Of a stretch of 64,000 nt of DNA, positions 9,944-20,176 are shown in pieces. A program made the position numbers and the translations under genes. The stretch is from positions 1-64,000 of the forward strand of contig JAHPZE010000019.1 of the NCBI GenBank assembly GCA_019058365.1. The letters are read 5' to 3'. Below the pieces are notes generated by a model. That model worked only from the letters and a program-made list of their open reading frames with translations. It did not search any database and was not told the DNA's origin. Every line of letters starts with the position of its first letter. Position 1 is the first letter of the stretch. This DNA is from Promethearchaeota archaeon (GTDB lineage Archaea; Asgardarchaeota; Lokiarchaeia; Sigyniarchaeales; SOKP01).

Positions 9944-10720
9944 ATGTCCTCACAAAATACAGATTTTGGAAATTTTATTGAATTCTCATATAAAAAAAAG
10001 TTTGGAATTATAAAGCTAAACAGAATTCATAGAGGAAACGCAATTACTACTGAGATGGCAAAGAATCTCAGAAGAGCTTTAGAATTTTGCCAAAGAACAG
10101 ATAAAATAAGGGGGATCATATTAACTGGAAATGGAACATCCTTTACTACTGGAATGGATATTGATGAAATTGATGGAAGTGATCATGTAACTGTAAAAGA
10201 ATACGAAGAAACTGCAGCCTCTATTCAAGAATTGGTCTATTATGGAAAACCCACTATTTGTGCTATAAATGGTAAATCAATGGGTGATGGTGTAGCTTAT
10301 TCTTTATGTTCTGATTATCGGATTGCTGTGAAAGATTGTTATTTCATGATGCCAGAAATAAATATAGGAGTTTTTCCGGGTACTGGTATTATTGTATTAA
10401 TGTCAAAAGTTATTGGGATCCCCTGGACAAAAAAAATACTTATGTTTGCAGAAAAAATTAGTGCAGAAAAAGCATTAGAAATTGGCTTAATAGACCAAAT
10501 AGTAGAAGACCGCGAAGAATTAATGAAAGTTGCATTGGATAAAGCTAAATTTCTGTTTTCTAAAAATCAAACAGTTCTAAATGCGATTAAGCTATGCAGC
10601 AATCATTTAGCTGATAAATCTTATAAGGAGGCCTATGATTTAGAGAAAATTGGATCAGCGTGGTATGAATATGAGGATAAAGAAAAATTTATCAACTATT
10701 TTAGAAAAAAATTACATTAA
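9944..10720 (+). CDS. Enoyl-CoA hydratase/isomerase (crotonase) family protein, paralog 2
   Basis: Same length (258 aa) and motifs as the upstream paralog: FTTGMDI, KPTICAING, MPE. Confidence 0.88.
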   Translation: MSSQNTDFGNFIEFSYKKKFGIIKLNRIHRGNAITTEMAKNLRRALEFCQRTDKIRGIILTGNGTSFTTGMDIDEIDGSDHVTVKEYEETAASIQELVYYGKPTICAINGKSMGDGVAYSLCSDYRIAVKDCYFMMPEINIGVFPGTGIIVLMSKVIGIPWTKKILMFAEKISAEKALEIGLIDQIVEDREELMKVALDKAKFLFSKNQTVLNAIKLCSNHLADKSYKEAYDLEKIGSAWYEYEDKEKFINYFRKKLH

Positions 10721-10944
10721 AAAATGCTTTTTTTATCATTATCATTATATTTTTTAATTATTTTTATTTTATGATATATTTAAGAAAGTAAATTGAAATT
10801 GCATAACATTAAAATCTAAACTCAATTTATAAAACTTAGTTATCTATAGATAATTAACCTAAGATAATCTGTAATTAAGGAAAACAAAAGAATCTAACAA
10901 TAAAAAAGAAAAAATTTAACTTAACAGAGAAAAGGTGATAATTT

Positions 10945-11226
10945 TTGCCTAAAGGAGATGATTCAAAGGTTTTTATTGGCAGAAAGAAATCAATGAGCTA
11001 TGTAATGGCTGCCATGGTTGTTTTGAATGAGAAACCCGTGAGATTATTAGCTCGAGGTCGATCTATTTCTCGAGCTGTCGATGTAGCTGAAATTTTAATA
11101 AACAAGTTTATTTCAGGAAGTACCTACGGGGAAATTCTAATTGATACTGAAACAATTACGAATACGGATGGCACGAATAGCAATGTCTCATCAATTGAGA
11201 TTGAAATTCTTCCGCCAAAAAGGTAA
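10945..11226 (+). CDS. albA: Archaeal chromatin/nucleic-acid-binding protein Alba
   Basis: VFIGRK..MSYV, LLARGRSISRAVDVAE, VSSIEIEI; TTG start 6 nt after GGTGA. Confidence 0.93.
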   Translation: MPKGDDSKVFIGRKKSMSYVMAAMVVLNEKPVRLLARGRSISRAVDVAEILINKFISGSTYGEILIDTETITNTDGTNSNVSSIEIEILPPKR

Positions 11227-11310
11227 AGAAAGATAATTCTAAAAATATACAGGAGAAAATCAGGAGACTTTCTCGCTTCTTTTTTTTATTTTATTTTTTT
11301 GAAAAACTGA

Positions 11311-12177
11311 CTATTTTATTTTAAATTTATAATGATTTTCATCAATCACTGGACGATAACCTATTTTTTGATAAATGCTATTTGAAGTAGGATTGCTTAA
11401 ATCTGTAAATAAGAAACAATATTTATTTCCTTCATCTAAGAGAAGTTTGCTTAATTTTGCTACACATTCTGTTGCATATCCTCTTCTCCTCAACGAAGGT
11501 GGAGTGTACACAAGATTAATCGCATTTCCATTAGGACTTTTACCTGCTTTTCTTGCCATCGAAACGGGCTCATTGTCATCAAATAATAAAAATATTTGGC
11601 TGTTATTGTTCTCAAATTCTTCCTTGAAATTGTTAATATTTCGATCCAATTCTTCATTAGTAATTTCACTTAATGCTTCCTTTAACATCTTTCTAGTCCA
11701 ATTAAGAACTATTTTCTCATATTCCTTTGTAGCAACATGAAATTTATTTATACCTAAAGTATCTTCTGAGACTTCCTCTAATTTAAAAATTCTTTCATTT
11801 CTCAATAGATGAGAATCTAAACTACTTTTCTCACACCACAATCTGGTAAATTTATCTGCGGCTTCTTTAAAACCTAAAACACCAGGTAATTTCTCCTTTC
11901 GCTTTAAAAGAAATTCTACTAATATTTCAATAGTATCTAATTCATCTGTATAGGATATAAGAAGATCATGGGGAGGGGTTCTTATAGTAATTAATTTAAC
12001 ATCATTACCTTTAGTTAATGTTAATAAAAGAGGTTGTTCTACTCCATATCTATGAATGTTTCTTTTGAGTGAATTTAAAATAGTTAAAATAAGACCATTT
12101 TCAACCTCGTGATTCAGCAAAAATGGGAATGCCAGATCAGAAAATATGGAAATATCTTCATAAAATTGTGCTTTCAT
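11311..12177 (-). CDS. GNAT N-acetyltransferase (C-terminal FR47-like domain)
   Basis: VYTPPSLRRRGYA and LFTDLSNPTSNSIYQKIGY. ATG at 12177 is preferred over the ORF-track start at 12273. Confidence 0.85.
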   Translation of the reverse strand: MKAQFYEDISIFSDLAFPFLLNHEVENGLILTILNSLKRNIHRYGVEQPLLLTLTKGNDVKLITIRTPPHDLLISYTDELDTIEILVEFLLKRKEKLPGVLGFKEAADKFTRLWCEKSSLDSHLLRNERIFKLEEVSEDTLGINKFHVATKEYEKIVLNWTRKMLKEALSEITNEELDRNINNFKEEFENNNSQIFLLFDDNEPVSMARKAGKSPNGNAINLVYTPPSLRRRGYATECVAKLSKLLLDEGNKYCFLFTDLSNPTSNSIYQKIGYRPVIDENHYKFKIK

Positions 12178-12284
12178 ATTCGCGTCAGAAGTTATATTAT
12201 TCGTATTATTAATATATCCTAATATATCAACATGTATTAAGAATTTGATAAAAATATAAATAGATATTAACAATCATCATACAA

Positions 12285-14078
12285 ATGACAGTAAAAAAAC
12301 CTTTACTTTTAATCTTAATACTATTGTATATGAGTTCTACTGTTGGTTTTAGTATAACTGATACTAAAAATAAACCATATAATATAAATTCTGACTCACT
12401 TGATATTTCTGATACTAATGAGTCTGTAGATTATTTAATCATTACTACTGAAAATTTTAAACCTTATCTTGAGCCCTTGGCTAGATGGAAAACCCAGAAA
12501 GGATTAGTAGCAAAAATTGAACTTATTGATGATATAAGACAACAATATCCAGGTAGTAACCGTGCTGAAAAAATCAAAAATTGTATTATTGATTATAATA
12601 GTAATTATAATACTCAATGGATCTTATTAGCTGGAGATGTTGATGACATTCCTTCGCGAGATGTTATAGCTCTGGATGGTTTCTCATTTGATGGTAATAC
12701 TGTTAGCTGTGATTCTTATTATACAGATCTAGATAATAACTGGGATCTTAATAATGATGGAAAGTGGGGAGCTAGTGGAGATGAATTTGATTTTGAACCA
12801 GAAGTTTACGTAGGACGTTTACCCGCAGAGAATGAAATTCAGATGAAAGAATTAGTCCAAAGAATCTTGACTTATGAAAAGAGACCTACTATTGGTCCAT
12901 GGATGTCTCATGCATTGTTTGCTGGTGCTATACTTCAATTTGATCAAGACTGGAACAATGATAGTGTTGTAGATTATGGAGAATGTGATGAAAATCGAGT
13001 TAATAATTTCATTAAAACAATTCTGCCAGATAATTGGACTAGCACATTTCTTGCCCAAACTAAAGGAGTTAAAGGTACCAGTTATTATAACGATTCTTGC
13101 CTAAATTATAACACACTCAAAAATTACATAGATGAAGGATGTAGTATTGGTACAATTTTCGCCCATGGTAGTCCTACAGGAATGGCTATTGATGAATGGA
13201 TAACTGATTATGATGGAGATTTATTATTTGATTATACTAATAACCCCTTCGAAGGAGGAGGCACTCCAGTCGATGACATGCGGAGAGATACTCTTTTTGA
13301 CACGAGTTATATGTATTTCGAACCAGAAGATAATAAGACTGGAATGTTCTATTTTGGTAGTTGTTCCACAGGTACATTTGATCATCCAACTGAATGTCTT
13401 GCTGAAAGATTTCTAAAAAAAGCTGCGATTGGGGTTATAGCTGCAAGCCAGGTAACGTGGGGTGAAGATCAATGGTATGAACGGGACCATGGCGGTTGGT
13501 TCATTGAAGGCTTAGGATTTCGATTTTATGAACAACTTTTTCTGTATAATCAACCTGGTAAAGCATTAGCATTAGCAAAAGCAGATTATGTATCAGATAG
13601 AATTAATTCTTCTGAGCCTAAAGAATATCCAGAATGGGGAAATAAAACACTAAAGCAATATAATTTACTTGGTGACCCTGAAGTTCCAATTTGGCTTTCA
13701 ATTCCAAAACAACTCAATATTAGCTACACCCAGCCATCCAACAATAATGAGAATTTGTTCACTCTTTTGGTAACCGCAGATGGAGCACCCGTTCAAAATG
13801 CCATTATTACTTACACGAAAGAAAATGGTCTTTTCTGGAAAGGAATAACTAATGAGAATGGAACAATTGATATCCCCTTATCCAAAGCAAAATTAAATGG
13901 AAAGATTCTTACAGTTAGTAAAATAGGTTATCTACCTTATCAAGAATCAATCCCTCAAATAACTTCACAGTCAATTCCTGGATATGATGTCGTGGTAACT
14001 TCCACTCTCTTATCTAGTTTCATCTTTATATATCTGGTGAGTCATAATAATACGAGATTAAAAAAGAAAAGAGTTTAA
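12285..14078 (+). CDS. Secreted peptidase C25 (gingipain-like) with IPGY-type C-terminal sorting signal
   Basis: Signal peptide; YLIIT, ILLAGD, DSYYTDLD, VGRLP; catalytic AHG and GSC; YNLLGDP; ends SIPGY + TM helix + basic tail. Confidence 0.87.
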   Translation: MTVKKPLLLILILLYMSSTVGFSITDTKNKPYNINSDSLDISDTNESVDYLIITTENFKPYLEPLARWKTQKGLVAKIELIDDIRQQYPGSNRAEKIKNCIIDYNSNYNTQWILLAGDVDDIPSRDVIALDGFSFDGNTVSCDSYYTDLDNNWDLNNDGKWGASGDEFDFEPEVYVGRLPAENEIQMKELVQRILTYEKRPTIGPWMSHALFAGAILQFDQDWNNDSVVDYGECDENRVNNFIKTILPDNWTSTFLAQTKGVKGTSYYNDSCLNYNTLKNYIDEGCSIGTIFAHGSPTGMAIDEWITDYDGDLLFDYTNNPFEGGGTPVDDMRRDTLFDTSYMYFEPEDNKTGMFYFGSCSTGTFDHPTECLAERFLKKAAIGVIAASQVTWGEDQWYERDHGGWFIEGLGFRFYEQLFLYNQPGKALALAKADYVSDRINSSEPKEYPEWGNKTLKQYNLLGDPEVPIWLSIPKQLNISYTQPSNNNENLFTLLVTADGAPVQNAIITYTKENGLFWKGITNENGTIDIPLSKAKLNGKILTVSKIGYLPYQESIPQITSQSIPGYDVVVTSTLLSSFIFIYLVSHNNTRLKKKRV

Positions 14079-14101
14079 AATACTTTTTTTTTATAATTAT
14101 T

Positions 14102-14401
14102 TTAAAGGTTTTCCTTTATTCTTTCAATCTGACTCTGAAAATTTTCAATTTGTTCTAATTTTACTTTATTATCATTAACATTTTTTATTAAACTAATAAA
14201 CTCTTTAATTATAGGATGCTGAAGAATTACACACGTTTGATTTAAGGTATTTACATCCAATATTAAGGCAGAATCTAATTTTTCTCCCATACCTAATACG
14301 TCTTTAAAAATCAATTCATTCTCATCTGTATATGACAATATCAAAATATCTTCTCCTATTTGAGAACCATCAGATTTATTTATAATTTTGAACTCGCACA
14401 T
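14102..14401 (-). CDS. CooT-family nickel-binding protein with C-terminal helical extension
   Basis: MCE N-terminus, ED(I)...LIFKDVLG...I..VN pattern; lies near cdhBC. Confidence 0.7.
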   Translation of the reverse strand: MCEFKIINKSDGSQIGEDILILSYTDENELIFKDVLGMGEKLDSALILDVNTLNQTCVILQHPIIKEFISLIKNVNDNKVKLEQIENFQSQIERIKENL

Positions 14402-14527
14402 TTTTATAGAAATTTTATCTGAATTTATTTATATAAATAAATGTATTACTTGTATTATAATTTCATATTGTCAATTACAAATCAAGATTGATTAGTCTCA
14501 ATAAAGAAATAAAAAGGCTCGATAAAT

Positions 14528-15946
14528 ATGAATAAAGAAGACATATGTTTCATGCCTGCTTGGGAAATGAAAGAAAAAATAAAAAATCAAGAATTAACAT
14601 CAGAAGAAATAACTGAAATAATTATTGAAAGAATTGAAAAAATCAATCCAATAATTAACGCATATTGTACTCCTACTTTTGAGTTAGCACGGGAAATGGC
14701 AAAAAGAGCGGACCAAAATATAAAAAGAAATGAAAAAATTCCTCTCCTAAATGGTATTCCAACATCTATAAAAGATTTGGTGCCGCTTAAAGGAGTAAGA
14801 ACCACATATGGTTCAAAAATTTATGAAAATCACATTCCTAAAGAAGATGGGATTGTTGTATCTCGTTTAAAAGATGCTGGTTGTGTAATTTTAGGGAAAA
14901 CCAATACACCGGAATTTGGTTTTAAAGGAGTTACTGATAATCTTATTTTTGGAATGACACGAAATCCATGGGATCTTGAGAAGACGTCTGGAGGATCTAG
15001 CGGAGGTGCCGCAGCTTCAGTTGTTTGTGGATTGAGCCCGTTAGCTCAAGGTTCAGATGGAGGAGGTTCTATTCGGCATCCTGCTTGCTTCTGTGGAGCT
15101 TATGGTCTTAAACCGAGCTTTGGGAGGGTTCCAATTTATCCAAGAACCTTCCATAGCGGTCAAACATTATCTGTCATTGGTCCTATTGTTAGATATGTAT
15201 CTGATGCAGCATTAATGTTAGATGCTATGAAAGGACCATTTGAGGGAGATAGACATTCATTACCAGAAGAAAATGTAAATTATTTTAACCATATAAATGA
15301 GAAACCAGATAAAATTAAGATTGGTTATAGTTTAGATTTAGGTTTTGCAAAGGTTGTTGATAATGATGTAGAAAAAACAGTAGTTAATGCAGTTCACAAG
15401 TTTGAATCATTTGGGTGGGAAGTAGAAGAAGCAAAATTTAAGGTTTTAGATCCTTCAATGGCTTTCAGTACAATGTGGTTAATAACATTTGGATATGAAT
15501 TAAAACCTTATTTGGAAAAATGGAAAGATAAGTTAGATCCAAGCTTAGTAACATGGGTTGAGGCAGGATTACACTTTCCTGCTTCAAGTTTACCAGAAGC
15601 TATGAGAACTCGTAGTCTGTTTTATCAGGTGATATTTGAAACTTTAAAAAAGTATGATATAATTCTTACACCTTCAACAGCAGTTCCAGCTTTTGAATTA
15701 GGAGTTCCTTATCCCTCACAAATAAATGGGATTGATGTATCGCCCACTTCGTGGCAAGCATTTACATTTCCCTTTAACTTTACAGGGCATCCTGCTGCTA
15801 CTATTCCCTGTGGGTGGACAGATGATAACCTACCGGTGGGGTTACAGATCGTTGGTAAAAGATTCCAAGAACTGCTAATTTTACAAGTTTCAAAAGCTTT
15901 TGAAGAAATAGCCCCATGGCAAGATAAAAAACCTAAATTAACTTAA
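14528..15946 (+). CDS. Amidase signature family enzyme
   Basis: IKD, GKTNTPEFG, GGSSGGAAA and GSDGGGSIRHPA (Ser-cisSer-Lys triad). Confidence 0.92.
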   Translation: MNKEDICFMPAWEMKEKIKNQELTSEEITEIIIERIEKINPIINAYCTPTFELAREMAKRADQNIKRNEKIPLLNGIPTSIKDLVPLKGVRTTYGSKIYENHIPKEDGIVVSRLKDAGCVILGKTNTPEFGFKGVTDNLIFGMTRNPWDLEKTSGGSSGGAAASVVCGLSPLAQGSDGGGSIRHPACFCGAYGLKPSFGRVPIYPRTFHSGQTLSVIGPIVRYVSDAALMLDAMKGPFEGDRHSLPEENVNYFNHINEKPDKIKIGYSLDLGFAKVVDNDVEKTVVNAVHKFESFGWEVEEAKFKVLDPSMAFSTMWLITFGYELKPYLEKWKDKLDPSLVTWVEAGLHFPASSLPEAMRTRSLFYQVIFETLKKYDIILTPSTAVPAFELGVPYPSQINGIDVSPTSWQAFTFPFNFTGHPAATIPCGWTDDNLPVGLQIVGKRFQELLILQVSKAFEEIAPWQDKKPKLT

Positions 15947-16145
15947 TTTTTTAGTATTTTTTTTGACAAATTAGTATAGTATACTTTTTTAATTAACCTA
16001 TATTTAATTTTACACGTCTATTTTAAGATTCTGCCCATCTATTTTTAGTTAAACTTCATAAAAACAATTTTTTTAAATTGTCTTTAATAATTCTAAGTAT
16101 AACAATTATTTTAAAAGTTACAGCTAAAAATAAAAACAGAGGAAA

Positions 16146-16685
16146 TTGAGTGAAATGGCACGTCCATATCAAAAAGCTAACATTCCTGGCCCTGAGATGG
16201 GTACTTCTGTCTCAGATCCAACAGTAATGGCGAATCTACTAAAGTCCCCTAAGAAGAAGGTAATTATTATTGGCGCTGAATCTTTAAATTGGGAACTTGA
16301 TAAGAAAAAGGTTGCAGACTACTTAATAAATATCGCAAACAAAATCGATTGTCATGTAGTTAGCACTGGTCATACATATAGTTACTTAAAGGATAAAATC
16401 AGTAAAGGGAAACTATATGATATGTCATTGATTAATATTACAAACAGATTATGTGATAAAAACTGGACTGGTTTTGATGGCGAAGGACAATATTCCATGG
16501 CAATTTTCGGTGGACACTTAGTATTTTATGTCTCCCAAGCACTATCTAGAATCAAAAACTTTACAAACTGGGTAAAAACAATTGAATTGGATAAATATTC
16601 TCATCCAAATGCCAGATTTAGTTTACCAAATCTAAGCGATACTGAATGGAAATTATTTTTAGAAAGCTTGATTGAAAAATTATAA
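16146..16685 (+). CDS. cdhB: CO dehydrogenase/acetyl-CoA synthase complex subunit epsilon
   Basis: PYQKANIPGP, WTGFDGEGQY, SRIKNF, HPNARFSLPN; directly upstream of cdhC. Confidence 0.88.
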   Translation: MSEMARPYQKANIPGPEMGTSVSDPTVMANLLKSPKKKVIIIGAESLNWELDKKKVADYLINIANKIDCHVVSTGHTYSYLKDKISKGKLYDMSLINITNRLCDKNWTGFDGEGQYSMAIFGGHLVFYVSQALSRIKNFTNWVKTIELDKYSHPNARFSLPNLSDTEWKLFLESLIEKL

Positions 16686-16722
16686 AAAAATATAAGTATA
16701 AAAATAAGAGGAGATTAATAAT

Positions 16723-18159
16723 ATGAGTTTTGCAGATATACCAGTAGATGTTGGTCCTGTTTACGAAGGAGAACGTATTAGAGGAAATCAAATGTATGTC
16801 GAGCTTGGTGGGCCAAAAATAGAGAGACACTTTGAGTTGGTAAGAGTTAAAAAAGATAAAGAAATTGAAGACGGAAAGGTAACTCTCATCGGTCCCGATA
16901 TAAAAGACATGGAAGTAGGATCAAGACATCCTATAGGAATTTTAGTAGAAGTCTCTGGGCCTGAGCTGGAAGAAGATTTAGAAGCTGTTTTTGAAAGAAG
17001 AGTTCATGAGTTCTGCAATTTTGTAAATGGAATAATGCATTTAAACCAAAGATATACTAATTGGATGCGAATTTCTAAATCTGCTGTAGAAAAAGGATTT
17101 GATAACTTTAAAATGCTTGGAACTGTTTTAATTAGACTGTATAAAGCTGAACTTCCAATTATTAAAAAAGCTCAAGTTACATTCTATACAGATCCAGACA
17201 AAATCAAAGAACCGTATGATTTTGCTTTAGAGATTTATAATAAAAGAGATGAAAGAGCCCGTAGTATTAATGATGAAGATGTAGATATGTTTTATGGCTG
17301 TGTTCTTTGCCAATCATTCGCACCAACTCATGCATGCTGTATAACACCAAATCGAATGAGTTTATGCGGTTCTATCTCTTGGTTTGATGCAAGAGCAGCA
17401 GCTAGAGTTGATCCAAAAGGTCCTCTCTTCGAAATTCCCCCGGGTGAATGCTATAACGAATTAGCAGGTGAATTTGAAGGCGTAAACGCAATGATAAAAA
17501 AACGTTCGCTTGGAGAAATCGATAGAATTTACTTATATAGTGGAATGGAATTCCCACATACTTCATGTGGTTGTTTTGAAGCAATAGATTTTTTTATTCC
17601 CGAAACAGGAGCGGGTCACGGTATTATCGATAGAAGTCATGATGGTGTAGCAATAAATGGATTACCCTTCTCAGCTATGGCGAACCAGACAGGTGGGGGA
17701 AAGCAAATGCCCGGTTTTAACGGAATAAGCATACAATATATTATATCGCCCAAATATCAAAAATATGATGGAATTAAAGCAGGTTTGGAGGGAGGAATTT
17801 ACACTATCGTATGGATGGGTAAAAATGTCAAAGATCGAGTTTATGAATTCCTTCCAGAAGATTTAAGGGATAAAATTGCCACTGAAGAAGAGGTTGATGA
17901 GTTAAGTAAGCTACCAGCATGGTTGGAAAAAGTAGGGCATCCAATTATAAATACTGAAGACTATAAAGCGGTTATGGGTGGTGTAGAAGAGGAAGAAGAA
18001 TGGGAAGAAGAAGGTGCGATGGTTCCAATGGGCACAATTGGAATGACTATCCCTGGTGTTGGTGGCAGTGGTGGATTTAAAGTTATATTAAAGAACTGTA
18101 AAATTCACGCAGAATCGATTATCATTAAAAGGATTGAGTCTAAACATAAAAAGAAATAA
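16723..18159 (+). CDS. cdhC: Acetyl-CoA synthase, ACDS complex subunit beta
   Basis: PVDVGPVYEGERIR, FYGCVLCQSFAPTHAC and PHTSCGCFE A-cluster ligands; acidic C-terminal linker. Confidence 0.95.
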   Translation: MSFADIPVDVGPVYEGERIRGNQMYVELGGPKIERHFELVRVKKDKEIEDGKVTLIGPDIKDMEVGSRHPIGILVEVSGPELEEDLEAVFERRVHEFCNFVNGIMHLNQRYTNWMRISKSAVEKGFDNFKMLGTVLIRLYKAELPIIKKAQVTFYTDPDKIKEPYDFALEIYNKRDERARSINDEDVDMFYGCVLCQSFAPTHACCITPNRMSLCGSISWFDARAAARVDPKGPLFEIPPGECYNELAGEFEGVNAMIKKRSLGEIDRIYLYSGMEFPHTSCGCFEAIDFFIPETGAGHGIIDRSHDGVAINGLPFSAMANQTGGGKQMPGFNGISIQYIISPKYQKYDGIKAGLEGGIYTIVWMGKNVKDRVYEFLPEDLRDKIATEEEVDELSKLPAWLEKVGHPIINTEDYKAVMGGVEEEEEWEEEGAMVPMGTIGMTIPGVGGSGGFKVILKNCKIHAESIIIKRIESKHKKK

Positions 18160-18411
18160 AATTTTTTATAAAATTTTTTTTATTTGATTTTTTTTTTGTA
18201 GTTTTTTTATAATTAGTATTTTTGGATACAATTATTTGAATACTCTAGTTTCTTCGACATAATTATTTTTTCATATTAAAATTGTACTATCGCGACGGAA
18301 TATCTTCATAAATGAGCATATTTAAATAGGAAAATTACGTCGTATATTAATGGTATTCTTATAAGAATTTATTGTATTAGCGATTTGGTTTAGTTTCCAT
18401 CATAATTCATT

Positions 18412-18867
18412 ATGTTGATTCGAGAAGCTGGTATACTCTTCAATGGAATTCCCATTATATTCACTAGCTATCATAGAGCTAGTAAGGAAAGAACAAATCT
18501 AGTATGTTCAAGTGGATTAATGAGCGGGCTATTAAGTTTTGCTGAATGCTTGATGGAGCCAGTAGAATATTTTGAAAGTGATAAATATTCAATAGTTTTT
18601 AAAAAGGGAACAATAAATGACTTGTTTCGCGATATTCAAGAAATTGTTGCCTTCATGGTTATAGACAAGGATCCAAGACTTGAAAAATATTTAAAGAAAA
18701 CCATTCAACCTTTATTAAATAAATTATTAAAAAGTTTTGTTTCTCAATTTAACGGCTGTAATCTTACAAAAGTTGGACAATTTGAGCGTTTTAAAGAAAC
18801 CCTTAATAAAATCTTTGGAACGGGCACCCAAACTTTAGAAGAAAGAGTAGTCTCTTTACTTGCTTAA
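18412..18867 (+). CDS. Longin/roadblock-like small protein (Asgard-type)
   Basis: GIPI...L..SGLMSGLLSFAE helix followed by short beta strands and a C-terminal helix pair. Fold is inferred. Confidence 0.5.
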   Translation: MLIREAGILFNGIPIIFTSYHRASKERTNLVCSSGLMSGLLSFAECLMEPVEYFESDKYSIVFKKGTINDLFRDIQEIVAFMVIDKDPRLEKYLKKTIQPLLNKLLKSFVSQFNGCNLTKVGQFERFKETLNKIFGTGTQTLEERVVSLLA

Positions 18868-18901
18868 TTAAATTATGTAAAAATTTTCAGATTAAACATT
18901 T

Positions 18902-19996
18902 TCAAACGTTGAATAATTTATTAACTTCCTTAAGTAGAGGTTTATTTAATTCAAGACAATCTAGTTTTAGTGGTTTTCGATGATTGTTTGGATAATAAGC
19001 TAGAATAATTGAATCATATAATGTCCAATTTATGTTATTGAACCCAATATCATAACCTACTATTTTAAATCCTTTTTCTAAGGCAAGATACATTGAAGAA
19101 ATTCCATTTTGGGTAGTTGGAATTCTCCATAGAATTATTCTCCATTCTTGATAGGTTTTAAGTAAACTTCTTAACGCTTTTTGTTTAATATATCCATATA
19201 ATTTCACAATTCCCATATAATGATCTTTGGAAACACCGTAAAGCTCATAATTCTTAGCTTTCTTACCATCTTCCAAAATTAAGATATCCTCTTGCATTTT
19301 CTTATAGATTTTTTTAATATACTCATAGAAAAAAATGATATCTTCATTATTTATCAAAAAGACTTTTTTATCTCTATTACGCCATAAATTTTTACACAAA
19401 ATAGAATAAAGAAAAACAGATTCTTCTCTTTGTGGAGGAAATGGTTTGTTATTTTCAATACTAAAGTTCCTTCTGTCTCCAAAATTGGCATAAGCGGGGA
19501 TTAAACTATAAGGGAGAGCTCCTGCTAATTGAGCAAGTTTTTGAGCTCCGATTTCCTGAGCTCTTATTTCAAAATCAAGTCTTAAAATATTTTTAAATTG
19601 AGGCATTTTTGTTACTGTTATGATACCTGCCGCTCCTATTTTAGATGTAATTCCTTGACCTTGATACTTTTTTTTTGTAACAGCTTTACTAGCTTGAGCA
19701 ATATATCTTTCAACTTCTAATAATCCAGCGCCAGCAATTTCATTGGTTTTTAACGATTCCCCTACAAACCAAAAATTATTTTCTTTTTTCAATTCTTTTT
19801 TTAAAAGTTCAATATCATAAACTAAAGGATTTACATACTCATAACCATAAATTTCTTTAAATATGGAAGAAATGGCTTCAGCATCATTAACATTTCCAAA
19901 TCTTAGTCCATATTCACTTCCATCTTTAGCAAGAAATTTCTGAAAATAAATATCCTCATCGTTGTCGATCTGATGTTTTTTTATAATAGTTTGCAT
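18902..19996 (-). CDS. GNAT-fold acyltransferase-like protein
   Basis: DAEAISSIFKEIYGYEY..P and VTKKKYQGQGIT acetyl-CoA-binding motif. Confidence 0.6.
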   Translation of the reverse strand: MQTIIKKHQIDNDEDIYFQKFLAKDGSEYGLRFGNVNDAEAISSIFKEIYGYEYVNPLVYDIELLKKELKKENNFWFVGESLKTNEIAGAGLLEVERYIAQASKAVTKKKYQGQGITSKIGAAGIITVTKMPQFKNILRLDFEIRAQEIGAQKLAQLAGALPYSLIPAYANFGDRRNFSIENNKPFPPQREESVFLYSILCKNLWRNRDKKVFLINNEDIIFFYEYIKKIYKKMQEDILILEDGKKAKNYELYGVSKDHYMGIVKLYGYIKQKALRSLLKTYQEWRIILWRIPTTQNGISSMYLALEKGFKIVGYDIGFNNINWTLYDSIILAYYPNNHRKPLKLDCLELNKPLLKEVNKLFNV

Positions 19997-20176
19997 GAAA
20001 TTCTTCAGCTTTAGGAATTGTTAATTATTACTTATTAAAAGGACTTATAAGCTTTTCTATTTTTTCATATGAAAAAAATGAAATTACAATAATAAGCAAG
20101 TATAAAAGAAAAAAGGATTATGAAAAGATATAACCATGTTTATTATTTCATTAAGAATATCCATTGGTTAACTTGG

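Noticed and set aside
10945-12177. The GNAT next to Alba as the Alba acetyltransferase
   Set aside because: The genes are convergent and the GNAT belongs to a widespread two-domain family; adjacency is the only link.
14528-15946. Amidase as gatA
   Set aside because: No gatB or gatC is adjacent, and the sequence (TPEFG, IRHPA) fits general amidases.
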